Counted from the first letter of the stretch, positions 28,482-37,985 are shown. The stretch is DNA of 64,000 nt from Bdellovibrionales bacterium (GCA_964230645.1 CAXRHT010000001.1:736001-800000), one strand, 5' to 3'. Notes: generated by a model from the sequence alone, not told the origin. Translations and numbers: made by a program.

Positions 28482-30416
28482 GTGATGAGTTACCAGGATT
28501 ATAACGTACTAGTGATAGATGATGACAAGACTTTTGCGGAGAGCCTCAAACAGGCGATCACCCGTGTGGGATTTCGCTGCTATGTTGTGCATAACCCAGA
28601 AGATGCACTTAACTATGCGAAATTACAAGACGTTCAGGTTTTTGTCGTCGACTGTATGCTCCCCAAAATGAATGGGTTGGAGCTGGTAAAAAAACTCAAA
28701 GACAATATGCAAGGAGATACCCAGCTTTTCCTTATGAGCGGGATCTTTAAAGACAAGCAGTTCGTCAACACAGCCCTAAAGAAGTCAGGGGCCACTGAGT
28801 TTATGACCAAACCTTTTGATATCAAAAAATTTGTAGGAAAGCTTGAGTCCCTTTTCAGTGGTGTTGCCGAAGAAGATGATGGTTTTAATCCTCTGGTTCG
28901 ACTCTATTTAGATCGCGACCTGAAAACTCGTAAATTAATCAAGCTAATCAACTCCTCTGAAGGCCTACACAACTTTGATCTTCCCTGGGTGTTTAAAATC
29001 CTTATTGATAGTAAAGCCACAGGTCACCTTAATATCGCCTGTACCAACGGTGATATTGCCGGTGTGGGTTTTTCTCAAGGGGAGATCGTTCAGGTTAATA
29101 TTAAAAACGAAGCCTCCCTACTGGGATTACTTCTTGTGGAACAAGGCTATTTGGACCGTGGCGACTTAAACGAAGCCCTTGAATCTAACACAAATCATAA
29201 GATGATCGGACAGTATCTAGTTGAGAGCAACTACGTTAGCCCTCACGCCATCAATATCGTATTAAAAGAGCAACTTCTTTGGCGCCTTAAGCGTCTGATC
29301 GCTGATTCGCAGATGGAACTGAATTTTGTAAAATCAGAGGATGTGGCGACTATTGCCAATATTGATGATTCGGATTTCACAGATTTTATCATCGAAACCA
29401 TCGAAAATACGATTAGAGAGGATTGGATTAAAACCCACTACCTTCCCTTAAGCCGAAATTCTATTGAACTGAATCGAGACCGTGAGGAAGATCTTAATAA
29501 AATAAGAATTTACCCTTTTGTATCAAGGACCTTTCCCTCCATCGAAAGTCAGCTGATGAGGGGAACTTCCATTGAGGAGCTTTTAGCCAAGCACTCCAGC
29601 ATCGAAAACAATGTCTTGCGTCTGGTGCACTTTCTCAATGTTATGGGACTGATTAAAATTGGAACCACTCATAAAACTCTTAACTTTGCTCACCAAGCAA
29701 AAAGATTGCAACGTCTTGATGGTGAACTTGATGAGAAAAACTATTTTGAAAGACTGGGTGTGAGTCGAAGTGCTAAAGACTCTGACATTAAAAAAGCTTA
29801 TTTTGATTTAGCAAAGGTTTTACACCCCGATAAACTGGCTGAGGGCACTCCTCGTGATGTGATCGATCTTTCTCAAAGAGTTTTTGAAAAAATTCAAATC
29901 GCCTATGACACCTTGAAAAAAGAAGACAAAAAGAACGAGTACCTTGACCAATTTGAGGCCGATCAGTCTGAAAAATTCCTGCAAGGGGATCAAATTTTTG
30001 AAGTGGCCAAAACTCTTGTTTTTAAAGGTCAGTTCTCACAGGCAAAACACTCACTGACCAAAGCGATCAAACTCAATCCTCATTCCAATGATATTAAAAT
30101 CTATATGATTTGGATTGATTTAAAAACGACCAAGGGACCAAGCGAAGGCTTCTTAGGGGATATTGACAAACGCCTTAATCAAATTCCTATTGAAGCCCGC
30201 GACAATGCTCCCTACTATCACTGCCGTGGACTCTATTACACCCATCTTAAAGACAATGAGAAAGCTAAAAAGTACTTTATGACATCTCTTAACATTGATA
30301 GCAGCTTTATCAGTGCCAGAAGAGAAATGAGCCAGCTTGGTAATGGTAAAAAAGAGATTACCAATATCTTGAATATGGACTTGGGCCAAGCACTCGGTAG
30401 TCTTTTTAAGAAGTAA
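28482..30416 (+). CDS. response regulator receiver-DUF4388-like-DnaJ (J-domain)-TPR protein
   Basis: Receiver motifs IDDD, VVDCMLP and TKPF. Central LLGLLLVEQG/IGQYLVE repeats. J-domain NYFERLGV...IKKAYFDLAKVLHPD. C-terminal TPRs. Confidence 0.88.
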   Translation: MMSYQDYNVLVIDDDKTFAESLKQAITRVGFRCYVVHNPEDALNYAKLQDVQVFVVDCMLPKMNGLELVKKLKDNMQGDTQLFLMSGIFKDKQFVNTALKKSGATEFMTKPFDIKKFVGKLESLFSGVAEEDDGFNPLVRLYLDRDLKTRKLIKLINSSEGLHNFDLPWVFKILIDSKATGHLNIACTNGDIAGVGFSQGEIVQVNIKNEASLLGLLLVEQGYLDRGDLNEALESNTNHKMIGQYLVESNYVSPHAINIVLKEQLLWRLKRLIADSQMELNFVKSEDVATIANIDDSDFTDFIIETIENTIREDWIKTHYLPLSRNSIELNRDREEDLNKIRIYPFVSRTFPSIESQLMRGTSIEELLAKHSSIENNVLRLVHFLNVMGLIKIGTTHKTLNFAHQAKRLQRLDGELDEKNYFERLGVSRSAKDSDIKKAYFDLAKVLHPDKLAEGTPRDVIDLSQRVFEKIQIAYDTLKKEDKKNEYLDQFEADQSEKFLQGDQIFEVAKTLVFKGQFSQAKHSLTKAIKLNPHSNDIKIYMIWIDLKTTKGPSEGFLGDIDKRLNQIPIEARDNAPYYHCRGLYYTHLKDNEKAKKYFMTSLNIDSSFISARREMSQLGNGKKEITNILNMDLGQALGSLFKK

Positions 30417-30545
30417 AAACAATGTCGTCCTGAAGCCAAGCAAAAACAATGTCGCCATGAGACCAAGCGAAAACAATGTTGTCCTGAGACCAAGCGAAAA
30501 CAATGTCGCCATGAGGCGAAGTAAAAACAATGTCGTCCTGAGGCG
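30411..30545. repeat. five 27-bp imperfect tandem repeats
   Basis: Units start at 30411, 30438, 30465, 30492 and 30519, approximate consensus AAGYRAAAACAATGTYGYCMTGAGRCS, with no spacers. Confidence 0.93.
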
Positions 30546-30583
30546 AAGCCGAAGGACCTTTGAGCTCGGTCGAAGTCCTCGGC

Positions 30584-30717
30584 TCCCCATAGCATTGTTT
30601 ATAATAAATTTCTCCAGGGCCGGCATCCATGCCTTGCTTGTGTTTCGCCCTGAGGGCGAAAACGCGTCACGCTCACAAGAGCCCTTGCGAAAATTATTAT
30701 AAACAATGCTATGGGGA
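30584..30717. repeat. 134-bp element with 24-bp perfect (37-bp imperfect) terminal inverted repeats and internal hairpins
   Basis: tccccatagcattgtttataataa (30584-30607) pairs with ttattataaacaatgctatgggga (30694-30717). Internal hairpins: ggcat-cc-atgcc, tttcgccc-tga-gggcgaaa and cttgtg/cacaag. Confidence 0.88.
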
Positions 30718-31043
30718 TCGTGGATCGAGCGAAAGCTAAAAAAACTTAGGTTAGATTGCCTAGTTTATTTAAAACACTCTGCAGAAAAATTTAGATATAG
30801 GCATGAAGGTCACATGGACATGGCCTATTTTTCTCTTAAAATTATGAAGATCTGTGGGTATCCGGAATACAAATAGATGTTCAGTCATTTTCCTTAGTTT
30901 CACACATGACAACAAAAAGAAGAAAGAGGGAATCTACTGTCCACATTTTTGACAAGTCTCATGTAGATATTTCAGAGAGATAGCTAAATTACTCTCAATC
31001 CTCGTTTTAATGCTATTGTAGGGCTCACACGAGGTAATACTAA

Positions 31044-33041
31044 ATGCAATTTTTTTCAAAAGGCTTCGCATTTTTCCTTTTTGTTAGTGCGTACTTTCTT
31101 TTTCTCAATCCTGCTCACGCCCAACTGGGTCCTCTTAAGGACTTATTTTTTGATTCCGAGCCGACTCTGGAAGTTCCATTGGGTCAGCTCAATGACATGG
31201 GTGCCGAATCACGCTGGATTAAACCTTCCATCGGTTATGAGTTTCAATTTGCTAATTACCCTGGGGATCCCTCCCGCTTTCTTATGAGAGAGACTTTAAA
31301 TTTTCGCCTCAGACTTCCTCTGTCTTTACACAACTCAAACTCCGTTAGTTTGGGGCCGAAGTTTGAAGCTGAATTTATTAGGCCCTTTACCAAAAGCCCT
31401 CTTCCTAGTCTCGACGAAATGACACCCTATGGACCACAGAAGGCTCCCCATTCTGACGGCAAAGCCTTAGCATTGAAAAGCGGAGACTTTTACAGCTTTA
31501 CCACCGAAATGGCTTTTGAGCTTTCCGCTTCCACAGCGCAATTAAAAGGCATTGCATTTTTGGGTTTAAATGCCAGTTACATCATTTCTGGTGACTTTAG
31601 GGTCGATGTTTATCGTTTGAGTGGAAGTAAGGTTAAAGTGGTCGCCTCAAGTCTTCGACAAAAGAGCGTCGGATTTGGAGTCGAGGCTAAAACAGTTCCC
31701 GACATTGAGGTGTTTGGTTTTGGACTTGCTAACCAACTCTTAAACAATCAACTCAGAGTTCAAGTGATGGACTGGGATATTTATCAAAGATATAAAGGCA
31801 ACCTTTTCTCAGTCTCCTACACTTACGATCTGGCCGAACAAGAGGGACGAGAATCCTATAATCAACTGATGAATCTAAACCATTGGAAAAATATAAACCT
31901 CAATGTCACGAATATGGGTGGACGCAGTGAAGAGCTGAGTTCCCGTAACTTTTGGGTGGCCGATCTTAGTTATTCGCGCCAGTATGCACCTGAGGACTTT
32001 CCAGGTGTTGTTCAGCACAACGAATCGGAACTTGATTTTGTCACCCGAAGCTCAGGAATAGAGTTTGATATTCGGCTTGCTAACCGCAATCGTCAGCGCA
32101 ACTTTATGGAAATAGACTACCAGATAAGGAAGGGTCCCGAAGATCCGGTGAGTCGTTACCGTATAGCCTCCTTTACCCTAGACAGGGACTACCAGATTGG
32201 GATCAATCTTTGGGAAAAAGAAGTTTCAAAAGAAGCATTGATGATCATGTCACTCGATCGAGATTCCAAAATCACGGGCCTTGATGAGCTGACCTTTCAC
32301 TTTGAACGTTCGGATAAGAAACTAAAAGTTCAACGAGGCCTTTTCGCACAAAATGAATTGCCTTCTTTTTATGGACAATTACGTAAAATGCTACCTGAAT
32401 CGATGCACTACCCTTACCTCTATCAACTCGAAGAGCATTTAAAAACGGGTTGGAACAAGGGTACTTATGTCGCCATGGATCTTGCTTTTAATCCTGAAGC
32501 TTTTCAGCTTATGCAGACTCTCTCTAATAGAGAAATCGATCAGGTTTTTGATAATTTTGTGAATCAAGTAATAGAAACCCAAAAAGCTGACAACAATCGT
32601 TTTTTTGGGGATCTTGAGCTACAAGGTTCTTTGAATCAGCACCTCAATGCAGAAACAGGAACACTCGAAAGTTTTTTCTCAGAAAAGAAAACTGAGAATC
32701 TTAAAAAGATTTTACACTATGTCTTTCATCCAGCAACTGACCAGGAAATGCTTGAAAAGCAATGGGTCTACTTTCGGTCTTTAAAAAACAGCATGATCTT
32801 TCGTGATCTTGGTGCTGGAATTATGGTACGTCTTCTTGAAAGAGCCGGTGATAAAAATAAAATTCCCTTTAACGAGCTGTTAAAATTCCAAGTGGAATAT
32901 AAAGCTGATGGGGAAGACCGCATCTTCTTTTCGGCAGGAGACTATCTCCGTCCCGATTACACCAAAGCTCTATTGAGAGACAGGGACCGAGTTCTTAACC
33001 GTCGCTACAATCCCTGGCATTTCGAGGAGTCGAATCAATAA
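31044..33041 (+). CDS. secreted hypothetical protein (beta-rich N-terminal half)
   Basis: 665-aa ORF with SD GAGG and signal peptide ending AHA. No recognisable motif. Confidence 0.8.
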   Translation: MQFFSKGFAFFLFVSAYFLFLNPAHAQLGPLKDLFFDSEPTLEVPLGQLNDMGAESRWIKPSIGYEFQFANYPGDPSRFLMRETLNFRLRLPLSLHNSNSVSLGPKFEAEFIRPFTKSPLPSLDEMTPYGPQKAPHSDGKALALKSGDFYSFTTEMAFELSASTAQLKGIAFLGLNASYIISGDFRVDVYRLSGSKVKVVASSLRQKSVGFGVEAKTVPDIEVFGFGLANQLLNNQLRVQVMDWDIYQRYKGNLFSVSYTYDLAEQEGRESYNQLMNLNHWKNINLNVTNMGGRSEELSSRNFWVADLSYSRQYAPEDFPGVVQHNESELDFVTRSSGIEFDIRLANRNRQRNFMEIDYQIRKGPEDPVSRYRIASFTLDRDYQIGINLWEKEVSKEALMIMSLDRDSKITGLDELTFHFERSDKKLKVQRGLFAQNELPSFYGQLRKMLPESMHYPYLYQLEEHLKTGWNKGTYVAMDLAFNPEAFQLMQTLSNREIDQVFDNFVNQVIETQKADNNRFFGDLELQGSLNQHLNAETGTLESFFSEKKTENLKKILHYVFHPATDQEMLEKQWVYFRSLKNSMIFRDLGAGIMVRLLERAGDKNKIPFNELLKFQVEYKADGEDRIFFSAGDYLRPDYTKALLRDRDRVLNRRYNPWHFEESNQ

Positions 33042-33051
33042 CAAATAATTG

Positions 33052-33858
33052 TTAGCTTGATTTTTTGTTGATGTCTTCAATACTGGTTGCAAACAAAGTT
33101 TTCAGAAAGTGCTTGCGGTTTTTCTTCACTTCATCACTTTCTTGAACCTCTTTTGCCTGCAACTTCTGATGGCTTTTCATTCTATTACCGTCAACCACTT
33201 CGGGGGCGCCTTCAGGACGCTCCACATTTTTTAAAAATTCTTTGTACTTTTGTGAGCGCCGAGGGTCGTCGATAGGACCCGCCTTGCTTACCTTTTTATT
33301 CTTTTCTTTATCAGGGATAAGATCTTCTTTTTTTCGAGACCTCTCGGTGGGTTCCGACTTTTTCTTACCAGATCCAGAAATATAAGTTTTTTGCTTATCA
33401 TTGAAATCAGAGGTTCCGTGAACGAACTGGCTCCCGCTCTTTTTACTTTTACGGTCCTGCTCGATGTATTCATTGTAGCGTTTTCTTAACTCAACAAGCT
33501 CAACGTCCGTGGTGTGTGCCAAAACGTCGATGAGCTTGAAGGGATCGATGGGAGAATAAAGTACGCCGTCGATAATTTTTTTCTGCTCTTCACTTAAGTG
33601 AGAGGACTCTTTTTCTTGCTTTACAAAAACCAGCTTAGGTTTCCCACGCACTTTTTTGATTTTTCCCAAAGCCGACAAAATTTTCTCATTTCTACCTAAA
33701 GTGGAGGCAAAAACCACATCGGGAAAATGATCAATAAGCTGCTCAGAAAGGTCTGTTCCTTGGCGCATGGCAATAACCTTGTAACGCAAACGAGCCATTA
33801 TTTTTTCTAGGAAAACCTGATCTTCATCGTTGTCGAGTACTAACATTATTTTTTGCAT
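33052..33858 (-). CDS. pseudo-receiver domain protein with charged C-terminal tail
   Basis: Receiver-like pattern KIMLVLDND...PDVVFAS...YSPID lacks the phospho-acceptor Asp and the conserved Lys. Confidence 0.7.
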   Translation of the reverse strand: MQKIMLVLDNDEDQVFLEKIMARLRYKVIAMRQGTDLSEQLIDHFPDVVFASTLGRNEKILSALGKIKKVRGKPKLVFVKQEKESSHLSEEQKKIIDGVLYSPIDPFKLIDVLAHTTDVELVELRKRYNEYIEQDRKSKKSGSQFVHGTSDFNDKQKTYISGSGKKKSEPTERSRKKEDLIPDKEKNKKVSKAGPIDDPRRSQKYKEFLKNVERPEGAPEVVDGNRMKSHQKLQAKEVQESDEVKKNRKHFLKTLFATSIEDINKKSS

Positions 33859-34006
33859 AACCTATGATCTCCTGATTTCGCGAGGAGGTCAAAATCCAGA
33901 TAAAAAGGGTCTACTGCTAGGAAACGGGGCCTCCTCTAATGTCGAGGAAGGGGTCGATATTGACGCACTTTTTCATTGGTGTTAAAACCGCAGAATTGGA
34001 GGATTT

Positions 34007-34903
34007 ATGGAAAAAACCCGTGTTGAAGAAATCCAGTTACCAGAACGAAAATTCAGTGTCTCCGCAGGAAACACCACGATCAATATCGGCTCCGGCGAAG
34101 ACCTAGCTGTTATCGCAGGCCCTTGTGTCATTGATAACCGCGAATTGGCCTTTAATACCGCCCGAGCTCTCTCTGAAATTAGCCAGAAACTAGGGATCGG
34201 CATCATTTTCAAAAGCTCGTACGAAAAAGACAATCGAGGGGCTGTTGGAAATTGGAAAGGTCCTATGATGGATGAAGGACTCAAAACCCTTGCTGACATT
34301 AAAAAAGAATTCGATATGCCAGTGCTAACCGATGTGCACCGAACCGAAGATGTTGCTCCTACGGCGGAATTCGTCGATGTTCTACAAATCCCCGCCTATA
34401 TGTGCCAACAAACCTCAATGGCTGTTGAGTGCGGAAAAACAGGACGCGCGATCAATGTTAAAAAGGGCCAATTCCTGGCTCCTGAAGGAATGGCCGGAGT
34501 TGTTGGCAAGATTCAATCCACCGGTAACAAGAACATTCTTCTTACAGAAAGAGGCGCTTGCTTTGGTTACAACCGATTAGTCGCTGACATTCGCTCCATT
34601 CCTATTATGCAGCAATTGGGAACACCCGTGTGTTTTGACTCCACTCATATTATCCGTCTCTACGGGATAAGCAGTGCTGATCCGGCTGGTGGTGAACCCC
34701 GTTTTGTGCCTCACTTGACTTTAGCCGCAGTGGCCGCGGGTACTGATGCCTTATTTATTGAAACCCACCCCGACCCAATGACAGCGAAATGTGATGCGGC
34801 CTCTCAGTTGCGCCTCTCTCATTTTGAAAGACTGGTTACACAGGCCAAGAATGTGCGTAAAGCTATTCAAAAACCTGAAAATGTCGGTACAATGACCGTA
34901 TAA
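34007..34903 (+). CDS. kdsA: KDO8P synthase (3-deoxy-8-phosphooctulonate synthase), metal-dependent type with atypical motifs
   Basis: IAGPCV, TDVH, NVKKGQFLAP, TERG..FGY and FIETHPDP...CD. The KANRS and PAFLxR motifs are altered. Confidence 0.88.
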   Translation: MEKTRVEEIQLPERKFSVSAGNTTINIGSGEDLAVIAGPCVIDNRELAFNTARALSEISQKLGIGIIFKSSYEKDNRGAVGNWKGPMMDEGLKTLADIKKEFDMPVLTDVHRTEDVAPTAEFVDVLQIPAYMCQQTSMAVECGKTGRAINVKKGQFLAPEGMAGVVGKIQSTGNKNILLTERGACFGYNRLVADIRSIPIMQQLGTPVCFDSTHIIRLYGISSADPAGGEPRFVPHLTLAAVAAGTDALFIETHPDPMTAKCDAASQLRLSHFERLVTQAKNVRKAIQKPENVGTMTV

Positions 34904-34974
34904 GGCTTTGCGACTCATCAAAGAAACCTGGGGTCGCGTTTAAGGCCCCGAAACTTTGAAACACTGAGGCCATC

Positions 34975-36075
34975 ATTTTTCGTCGCTACAAACTCGTATT
35001 TTATTATCTATTTTCAGAAATGGTTCCCACATTCTTCGTGGGAGTCATCAGCTTCGTATCGATTCTCCTTTTATTCCAAGTTTTAAAACTCACTGAAGAG
35101 CTTTTAAAACACGACGTTGGCATTAGAACTCTTGTTCACCTGCTTTCCTATATGTCGATTAGTTTTTTGCCCGCGATCCTACCAATGAGTTTAATTTTTG
35201 CCATTGTTCTGTCCTACAATCGACTTTCTGCTGACTCTGAAGTTATAGCTATGAAGTCGCTTGGCCTTAGTATGTGGCCGATCATGGCTCCTGGTATGGC
35301 CTTAGGTTTAATTATCTCACTACTTTCCGCCTACACTTCTTTTCAAATTGGACCCTGGGGAAATCGACAGTTTGAAGTTCTGATATTTGACATCGGCAAT
35401 TCAAAAATCACCTCGCAAATTGGCGAGGGAACTTTTTCGTCTGGCTTCTTCAATTTGATGGTCTATGCCAATAAGATTAATGAGGAGACCGATGAATTGG
35501 AAAAAGTTTTCATTTATGACGAACGAAATAACAAAAACCCCACAACGATCATCGCTGATCGAGGTAAAATTTTAACTGAGAAAAGTTTTAACGCCTATAA
35601 GGCTTTTGTCCGTCTCTCCGATGGAGACATTCACAAAATGTCTGATAAAGGACATACAAAGATTCACTTCGAAACTTATGATTTGCAGATCGTGGAACCA
35701 GCCAACCGTAAAACACGGGGCAAGTCCATGAACAGTTTCACCTATAAGGATCTAACCACTGCTATCGATAGCGAGAAAAATGAAAAGAAAAAAAGGGAGT
35801 ATCTCTACGAGTATCATCGTAGATTCTCCCTTTCGTTTGCCTGCCTTTTGTTTGTTCTGGTTGGTATCGGTCTAGGATGCCGAAGCAATAGCCGATCAGG
35901 AAAGTCTGGCGGGGGTGTTATAAGCGTCGGTGTCATAGTCGCCTATTGGCTACTTTTTGTCATCGGCAATAGCCTGCTTAAATCGCCTCAAGTCCCAGTG
36001 CTCGTAGCCGCCTGGCTCCCCGCTTTTGTCTTGCTTCCTACGGGAATCTATTTGCTACGTAAAAACTGGAACTAA
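34975..36075 (+). CDS. lptF: LPS export permease LptF/LptG family
   Basis: LPMS...RLSADSEVIAMKSLGLS, periplasmic beta-jellyroll, HRRFSLSFAC and AAWLP. The first ATG is 35020, but an in-frame ATT at 34975 after GAGG restores the expected N-terminus. Confidence 0.88.
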   Translation: MFRRYKLVFYYLFSEMVPTFFVGVISFVSILLLFQVLKLTEELLKHDVGIRTLVHLLSYMSISFLPAILPMSLIFAIVLSYNRLSADSEVIAMKSLGLSMWPIMAPGMALGLIISLLSAYTSFQIGPWGNRQFEVLIFDIGNSKITSQIGEGTFSSGFFNLMVYANKINEETDELEKVFIYDERNNKNPTTIIADRGKILTEKSFNAYKAFVRLSDGDIHKMSDKGHTKIHFETYDLQIVEPANRKTRGKSMNSFTYKDLTTAIDSEKNEKKKREYLYEYHRRFSLSFACLLFVLVGIGLGCRSNSRSGKSGGGVISVGVIVAYWLLFVIGNSLLKSPQVPVLVAAWLPAFVLLPTGIYLLRKNWN

Positions 36076-36082
36076 TAAGCTC

Positions 36083-36242
36083 TTACAAGCCTGTGCGCTT
36101 CTTTGTTTCCGAGTGGTCACCTCTAACATGCTCGTCTACCTCAACGTCTTTTTCGATGGGCTTAGAGTCGGTTTCCTCGACACTGGCTTGCTTTTTTTCT
36201 ATTTCCTCTTTCCACTTTTCGTCTGTGTTATTTTTCTGCTGA
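36083..36242 (-). CDS. small charged hypothetical protein (start uncertain)
   Basis: E/K-rich ORF (MANQQKNNTDEKWKEEIEKK...) directly downstream of the GlsB-family gene. The start is probably the second Met near 36250; the end coordinate given is approximate. Confidence 0.4.
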
Positions 36243-36251
36243 TTAGCCATC

Positions 36252-36515
36252 TTATACCACCTCTCTGGGTTTACCCGAGAATGCATTGACTATGAAAAGT
36301 AAAGCAATAGCGCCCACGATCGAGGCTATAAAACCCACAGGTTCGTTGGGGCTGTACCAGCCGAGCATTCGTCCGGTGAACCCAGCAATCAAAGCACCGC
36401 CGATTCCGAGCAGGGTCGTTAATATAAAGCCCATAGAGTCATCTCCAGGCTTAAAAGCACGGGCGAGTAAGCCCACAATAAAACCAATTAAAATCATCCA
36501 AAGAATTCCGATCAT
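36252..36515 (-). CDS. GlsB/YeaQ/YmgE (transglycosylase-associated) membrane protein
   Basis: GFIVGLLARAFKPG...TTLLGIGGALIAG...FIASIVGAIALL. SD AAGGAGG. Confidence 0.92.
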   Translation of the reverse strand: MIGILWMILIGFIVGLLARAFKPGDDSMGFILTTLLGIGGALIAGFTGRMLGWYSPNEPVGFIASIVGAIALLFIVNAFSGKPREVV

Positions 36516-36658
36516 ACGATCCTCCTTTCAATTCTCCCATCCACATTAACAGAGGCTTTCGGACAATAGTTCTTGCTGTAATGGAAAGAATTTGAAGCTA
36601 TTTTCATATTTGCCCCCTTAAGTCTCAAAAATCGGCTTTTCAGAGGCTCTAGCCTCTA

Positions 36659-37165
36659 TCAGTCCTCTTCTATTTTTCTATTCCCTAAAAATTGTACGAT
36701 TTTTTTTATTCTATCCTTTTCGTAGTGCACTTTTTCAAGCTCAACAGAGAGACCTTTCACATCCTCTGCGATTTCTTGACTCACCTTTGCCGAGCGAATG
36801 ATCTGAACCGTTTCTTCGATGGGCGACCAAAGCCCTTCACAACTGTAGCAACGTTTCAGTTGAGCTCCACTATTGTAGGCATAGCGAAATTCATCTAAGG
36901 CCACGGAACAACGAGGACAAACACTAATTTGAATCCAGTTTTTTTCCGGAAAGCTGAAAAACTCCACAATTTTCGTGAGGTCCAAGCGGTCTAGAAGATC
37001 TTTGAATTGGCCAATTCGTCGCTCATCAAACCAGATTCCATCGCAGTCGTCACACTTATAGACCTGTGTCTCGCCACACCTAAAGGGAGAAAGGAAGCAC
37101 TGGCAATCGGGACATCTCAGTGCACTCTTTTTTCCAATAGGAACTAGATTAGAAAAAGTTTTCAT
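36659..37165 (-). CDS. double zf-TFIIB-type zinc-ribbon protein
   Basis: CPDC...CDDCDGIWFD and CPRC...CYSCEGLW. Confidence 0.8.
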   Translation of the reverse strand: MKTFSNLVPIGKKSALRCPDCQCFLSPFRCGETQVYKCDDCDGIWFDERRIGQFKDLLDRLDLTKIVEFFSFPEKNWIQISVCPRCSVALDEFRYAYNSGAQLKRCYSCEGLWSPIEETVQIIRSAKVSQEIAEDVKGLSVELEKVHYEKDRIKKIVQFLGNRKIEED

Positions 37166-37223
37166 CAGCTAACATCTTATAAAAACTCATTGATTTGTGT
37201 GACAAGCCTGACCGGATGGGCCT

Positions 37224-37886
37224 TTATGATGGATTAAAAGGCAAAAAAGTTTCACTTTGATAGAGAGTTTCAAGATCCGCAAAATTGCGTATCATTAGAG
37301 CCCCATCAAAGAGAAGTTGATTATTCCCGGAGAACTCAGGCTCAAGAACATGACCTGGAAGAGTGAGAACGGTAGCGCCGTTATCTATGGCAAGCTTTGC
37401 GGTAATCATAGAGCCACTTTTCTTTTCTGCTTGAATGACAAAAATTAATGAGCACAGTGAAGCAATCAAGCGATTGCGATGATAGAAATGGTGTTTTCTC
37501 ATTTCCGTTTCATGGGGGTATTCGGTCGCCATAACAAATTGTGAATGTTGATGAAAGCGTGTCAAAGTACGAGGGTAAATACTGCTCAGACCACTGGGTA
37601 GAAACGCCAAGGTTGGGCAGCCAGCCCTTAAAGCCACTGCATGAGCCGCTTGGTCCACGCCTCGAGCCCCTCCGCTTATGACAGCCAAATCGTATTTTTT
37701 AATAAAAGGTAAAAATTCTTGATCCAGCCACTGAGGAACCCAAGGCTTCATATTTCTTGCTCCGACAACGGCAACACTGGGTCTGGAGAAGTCCCAGTCT
37801 TTAGAAAGAAAAATTTGGTCCGGGGTGTCTTTTAGATTAAGAAAACGTTTTGGAAAACTAGCATCCGAATTTTTTATTGCTCTCAT
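37224..37886 (-). CDS. dprA: DNA-processing protein DprA (core domain only)
   Basis: VAVVGAR, ISGGARGVDQAAH, FYHRNRLIA, SGSMITA and GNNQLLFDGA. Confidence 0.92.
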   Translation of the reverse strand: MRAIKNSDASFPKRFLNLKDTPDQIFLSKDWDFSRPSVAVVGARNMKPWVPQWLDQEFLPFIKKYDLAVISGGARGVDQAAHAVALRAGCPTLAFLPSGLSSIYPRTLTRFHQHSQFVMATEYPHETEMRKHHFYHRNRLIASLCSLIFVIQAEKKSGSMITAKLAIDNGATVLTLPGHVLEPEFSGNNQLLFDGALMIRNFADLETLYQSETFLPFNPS

Positions 37887-37985
37887 TCTATAAGCTAGTC
37901 TTCAAAAAGCAGGCTGTCTTGAAAACAAGGACAAAAGATTTTGATTTACCAGCATCCGGAATTTATTTCGATTTTTGGGTAAAAA

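Noticed and set aside
30411..30545. CRISPR array
   Set aside because: The units abut with no unique spacers and there are no cas genes. It is a tandem repeat.
30153..30702. ORFs 30153-30626, 30236-30595, 30406-30630 and 30457-30702
   Set aside because: These are by-products of a 27-bp (9-codon) stop-poor repeat, and two overlap the REC-DnaJ gene antisense.
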